Source: an uncultured delta proteobacterium
GTDB lineage: Bacteria; Desulfobacterota; Syntrophia; Syntrophales; UBA5619
Reading direction: 5' to 3'
DNA: 64,000 nt
NCBI GenBank assembly: GCA_963817385.1
Contig: CAWFOM010000001.1
Coordinates: 288,001-352,000 of the forward strand
Within the stretch, counting starts at the first letter, position 1, and each line of letters opens with the position of its first letter. The notes under the pieces are model-generated. The model was not told the DNA's origin. It was given only the letters and a program-made list of their open reading frames with translations, and did not search any database. Shown piece after piece: positions 60,513 through 64,000 of the stretch. Made by a program: the position numbers and the translations under genes.

Positions 60513-62510
60513 ATGATCATCTCAGATCGAAATAACGTTTACCGGTCGGACAACGGACTTCTTTCCAAGATCGTCAAGGACGCCGGCGATCTGAGCCAGC
60601 GGGGAGAAACGAACAAAGCCGTCGAGAAACTTGTCAGTGGCCTTGCTATCGAGCCCGGCAATATAGACATTTACCACTTTATGACGGAGATCCTGCTCGA
60701 CGCCAAATGCTTCAACGAGGCGCTGGAGACGATCGGCAAGGTTGCCGCTGTACATAAAGATCATATCAGAACACTGATCCTTTCAGCCTATTGCTGGGAA
60801 GGCCTGGAAAGATATTCAGAAGCAAATGAGGCGGCTGAAGAAGCTCTGCGGAAAGAGCCTGATAATGCATTGGCATTAAATTTAAAGGGTATCCTGGCAT
60901 ATAAAAAAGGGGATCGGGTATTCGCTGAAAGCTGTTTTAAGAAAGCCATTGAAGCTGACGAGAGCTACGGCGAGCCCTACACCAATCTCGGGACATTGCG
61001 GTGGACTGCTGAGCAGCGCGAAGAAGGTCTGGAACTTCTTGAACGCGGGTTTGTCCTTTCCCCGCTTGCCACGGATATTGCTGCGGCCTATCACGCCGCG
61101 ATAAATGCTACCGGGCTGTTTTCAAGAGCTGAAAAGGTATTCCAGGAAGCCCACATGGTCTATCCTAACAGCAAACGGATCGCCTTTTTGCTTATTGACA
61201 TGCTGTTGCGACTGGAAAGATATAACGCTGCAATGAGCGAGGTGGAACGGGCGATGATCCTTTTCGGCATCGACGACGGCATCCTGTCCGCGGCTCTCGA
61301 TATTCGCAGGAGGATCAACCCCCTGGAAGCAGACAAGAAAACTTCCGGGGTCGGCAATCTGTCTTTATGCATGATCGTTAAAAACGAGGCGCAGCATCTG
61401 GCAAAGTGCCTAATGAGCGTGAAGCCGGTTGTTGATGAGATGATCGTGGTCGACACCGGCTCATGCGACAGGACACGGGATATCGCCACCGCATTCGGGG
61501 CAAAGGTGTTTGAGTTCCCCTGGACAAATGACTTCTCCGCTGCGCGCAATGCCTCCCTCGCCAGGGCTTCCGGGGACTGGATCCTCGTGCTTGACGCGGA
61601 TGAGGTCATATCCCCCCGGGACCACGCGGAACTGACGCGCCTTATTGCCGCGGCCGGTCCGCCGGTATCACATTCATTCGTGACCAGAAACTATATTCCC
61701 CAAATCCACAAGATCGGCTGGACAGCCAATGACGGGACCTACCTTGAGGAAGCCGGCGCAGGATGGTTTGGGAGTTCCAAGGTGCGGTTGTTCCCGCGGG
61801 ACGGACGCATACAGTTCATGAATCCGGTGCATGAACTGGTAGAACCATCTCTCGACAAGGCCGGCATCCGCATCAGGGAATGCAGCATCCCCATCCATCA
61901 TTACGGGAAGCTGGATCAGGAGAAGGTCAATGCTAAGTGGGAGGAATATTATCTGCTTGGCAGAAAGAAGCTTGGGGCGGCCGGGGAAAATGCTGATGCT
62001 CTCAGGGAGCTGGCCATACAGGCCGGCGAGCTGAAACGCTTTGACGAGGCCATCGAGCTCTGGCAACGGGTCATCAGTCTGCGGCCTCGACTGACGATCG
62101 CGTATCTCAATCTGGCATCTGTGTATCTGCAAAAGAACGAATTCTGTCCTGCCCTCGCTGCAGCGAAGAAGGCACGGGAGATCAGCCCCGGATCAAATGA
62201 AGCCATAAGCAATTATGCTCTCTGCGAGATATATTCAGGCAGCCTCGACCATGCTATGACGGCCCTCAAGGGCCTGCTAAAAAAGGACCCGGCATATCCT
62301 CCGGCAAACATCATGCTGGCGATCGCGTATTTCTGTTCCGGCAATATGAAGGACGGACAGGCTGTGTTCAACAATCTGGGCATCTCAGGTGCTGCGCTTA
62401 CAGAGTGCATCCTGCCTTTTGCAGATAAACTGATTCACGCAGGTCGAAAGGGACATGCGGATATTCTGATTGATGCGGCGAACGAAGCCGACATGGGGCA
62501 TCCGCAATAA
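60513..62510 (+). CDS. TPR-containing family 2 glycosyltransferase
   Basis: LSLCMIVKNE, DTGS, DFSAARN and LDADE motifs flanked by TPR repeats. Confidence 0.9.
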   Translation: MIISDRNNVYRSDNGLLSKIVKDAGDLSQRGETNKAVEKLVSGLAIEPGNIDIYHFMTEILLDAKCFNEALETIGKVAAVHKDHIRTLILSAYCWEGLERYSEANEAAEEALRKEPDNALALNLKGILAYKKGDRVFAESCFKKAIEADESYGEPYTNLGTLRWTAEQREEGLELLERGFVLSPLATDIAAAYHAAINATGLFSRAEKVFQEAHMVYPNSKRIAFLLIDMLLRLERYNAAMSEVERAMILFGIDDGILSAALDIRRRINPLEADKKTSGVGNLSLCMIVKNEAQHLAKCLMSVKPVVDEMIVVDTGSCDRTRDIATAFGAKVFEFPWTNDFSAARNASLARASGDWILVLDADEVISPRDHAELTRLIAAAGPPVSHSFVTRNYIPQIHKIGWTANDGTYLEEAGAGWFGSSKVRLFPRDGRIQFMNPVHELVEPSLDKAGIRIRECSIPIHHYGKLDQEKVNAKWEEYYLLGRKKLGAAGENADALRELAIQAGELKRFDEAIELWQRVISLRPRLTIAYLNLASVYLQKNEFCPALAAAKKAREISPGSNEAISNYALCEIYSGSLDHAMTALKGLLKKDPAYPPANIMLAIAYFCSGNMKDGQAVFNNLGISGAALTECILPFADKLIHAGRKGHADILIDAANEADMGHPQ

Positions 62511-62587
62511 ACACACAGGACAACAATACCGGCAGAAACGAGGCACCTTTCTGCATTGCAGGCATGCACCGTTCCGGAACCTCCATG

Positions 62588-62643
62588 GCGGATCGCAACT
62601 TGGTGTTCTGTTCGCTCTTTACCGGGTCGAAGTCGATTTTCAT
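62588..62643 (-). pseudogene. BrnT-family toxin N-terminal relic
   Basis: MKIDFDPVKSEQNTKLR resembles the BrnT F.D..K...N...R start; similarity ends after about 18 codons. Confidence 0.5.
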
Positions 62644-62671
62644 GATTTATCGTAAGTACAATTAGGCAAAT

Positions 62672-62790
62672 CGCCAAGGAGAAATACGCGATGACTTCAT
62701 CCTCTGCATCCTCGAACCTCATAGAAACGACAAGGCTTTCACGAAAAATTGGGCCAGGCTGATTCAGAAGATATACGAAGCTGACACTAT
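62672..62790 (+). mobile_element. IS91-family transposase C-terminal relic
   Basis: DDFILCILEP...KNWARLIQKIYEAD resembles the WARLIxKIYEVDP motif of IS91-type Y2 transposases. Confidence 0.65.
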
Positions 62791-62899
62791 CTTCGGCGAC
62801 CCCGAATACTCTTGGAATGCGCATATTCAAGCATAACGCCTCATCAAAAAAAACGCGCAGGAGATGTCTGTCAGAATTACGCTCAAAAAACCAAAAAAT

Positions 62900-64000
62900 T
62901 CAGAACGTCCGCCCTTCGAAACAGAACTTTCCGAATGTCTTCGGGGGCGTCAGGGGATAATCGCCGGCATAGCAGGCGAGGCAGAAGTTTTCCCGGGGGA
63001 TGCCCGTGGCCTCGACCATCCCCTCGATGGAGAGGTAGTGGAGGCTGTCCAGGCCGATAAAGGAGGCGATGTCCGCCTCGTCTTCCTTTTCGGCGGCGAT
63101 GAGCTCCCCCTTCACTGAAAAATCGATCCCGTAGGGGCAGGGGTGGCGCGTCGGCGGGCAGCTCACGACCATGTGGAGTTCCTTCGCGCCGGTCTCCCTG
63201 AGGCGGCGGACGCGGTTCCGACTGGTTGTCCCCCGGATGATGGAATCCTCGACGATCAAGATTCTTTTGTTTTCAATAAGCGGCTGCACGGGATTGAGCT
63301 TGACCCGGACGCCGAAATCCCGCATCGCCTGGCTCGGCTGGATGAAGGTCCGCCCCACATAGTGGTTCCGGATCATCCCCATCTCGAAGGGGAGTCCGCT
63401 CTCCTCGGCGTAGCCGAGGGCCGCATAATTTCCCGAATCCGGGAACGGCATGACGAGATCCACGTCGGGCAGGCATTCCCTGGCCAGGCTGTGGCCGAGC
63501 CTTTTCCTGCAGAGGTAGACGTTCTGCCCGAAGATCTGGCTGTCGGGCCGGGCGAAGTAGATAAGCTCAAAGATGCAGTAGGAGGGCTTTGCCTTCGGGA
63601 AGGGCGTCAGGCTGTGCAGCCCCGCCTCGTCGATGATGATGATCTCGCCCGGCTGGACGTCCCGGATGTATTTCGCCCCCACGAGGTCGAAGGCGCAGCT
63701 CTCCGAGGCGATGACCCAGCCGCCGTTGAACTGACCGAGGGAGAGCGGCCGGAATCCCCGCGGATCGCGGACGGCGATGACGCGGTTCCGGGTCAGCATG
63801 ACGATGCTGTAGGCGCCCTGCACCTGGGTGAGGGCCTTCGTCAGCGCCTCCTGCAGCCCCTCTTTGAGATGGGGGGCCATCAGGTGGACGATCACCTCGC
63901 TGTCCATCGTGGACTGGAAGATCGACCCCCGCTGTTCGAGCTCCGCCCGCAGTTCGAGGGCGTTGATCAGGTTTCCGTTGTGGGCGAGCGCGTAGTATTC
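62900..64000 (-). CDS. purF: Amidophosphoribosyltransferase (5' part outside the window)
   Basis: AHNGNL, CIFELIYFARPDS, EDSIIRGTT and CLAC motifs. Confidence 0.97.
   Translation of the reverse strand, partial: EYYALAHNGNLINALELRAELEQRGSIFQSTMDSEVIVHLMAPHLKEGLQEALTKALTQVQGAYSIVMLTRNRVIAVRDPRGFRPLSLGQFNGGWVIASESCAFDLVGAKYIRDVQPGEIIIIDEAGLHSLTPFPKAKPSYCIFELIYFARPDSQIFGQNVYLCRKRLGHSLARECLPDVDLVMPFPDSGNYAALGYAEESGLPFEMGMIRNHYVGRTFIQPSQAMRDFGVRVKLNPVQPLIENKRILIVEDSIIRGTTSRNRVRRLRETGAKELHMVVSCPPTRHPCPYGIDFSVKGELIAAEKEDEADIASFIGLDSLHYLSIEGMVEATGIPRENFCLACYAGDYPLTPPKTFGKFCFEGRTF

Noticed and set aside
1..64000. CRISPR array, cas genes, rRNA, retron or other defence genes
   Set aside because: No regularly spaced repeats or matching protein motifs were seen.

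Overview
GC-rich chromosomal window from an anaerobic deltaproteobacterium; gene content suggests a Syntrophales-like organism (inference). 1-4780 is the decayed end of a genomic island inserted at the 3' end of tRNA-Glu(CTC). It carries a diguanylate cyclase, cheX, cheY, an excisionase-like HTH, two diverged copies of a structured non-coding block, and an IS110 left end with a complete, self-consistent bridge-RNA-like region whose transposase start is fused in frame to a tyrosine-integrase C-terminus. 5-12.4 kb is an operon linking a 2-oxoacid:ferredoxin oxidoreductase, a GltD-like flavoprotein with a fused delta-ferredoxin, glutaryl-CoA dehydrogenase and glutaconyl-CoA decarboxylase alpha (possible 2-oxoadipate pathway). 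12.4-27.1 kb is core genes: gltX, yceD-rpmF, eroded fabD/fabG scars, acpP-fabF-rpiB-glyA-dCMP deaminase-nrdR-rib(no ribD)-nusB, leuS-lptE, rpsT. 27-48 kb holds a GNAT, an SMP-30 protein, MOSC, GlpQ, a Cus-type metal efflux operon, a ThiS/MoeB/JAB/sulfite-reductase sulfur-carrier cluster with a metY scar, and an Mla operon whose ATPase carries a degenerate GGDEF domain. 48-60 kb is a GntR-associated catabolic island with two tripartite tricarboxylate transporters, PdxA2, an FGGY kinase, a VOC protein and a SAF oxidoreductase. 60-64 kb has a TPR-GT2 glycosyltransferase, BrnT and IS91 relics, and partial purF. About seven single-base frameshifts, some in housekeeping genes, are probably sequencing indels. 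All calls come from motif recognition by eye; no database searches were run.
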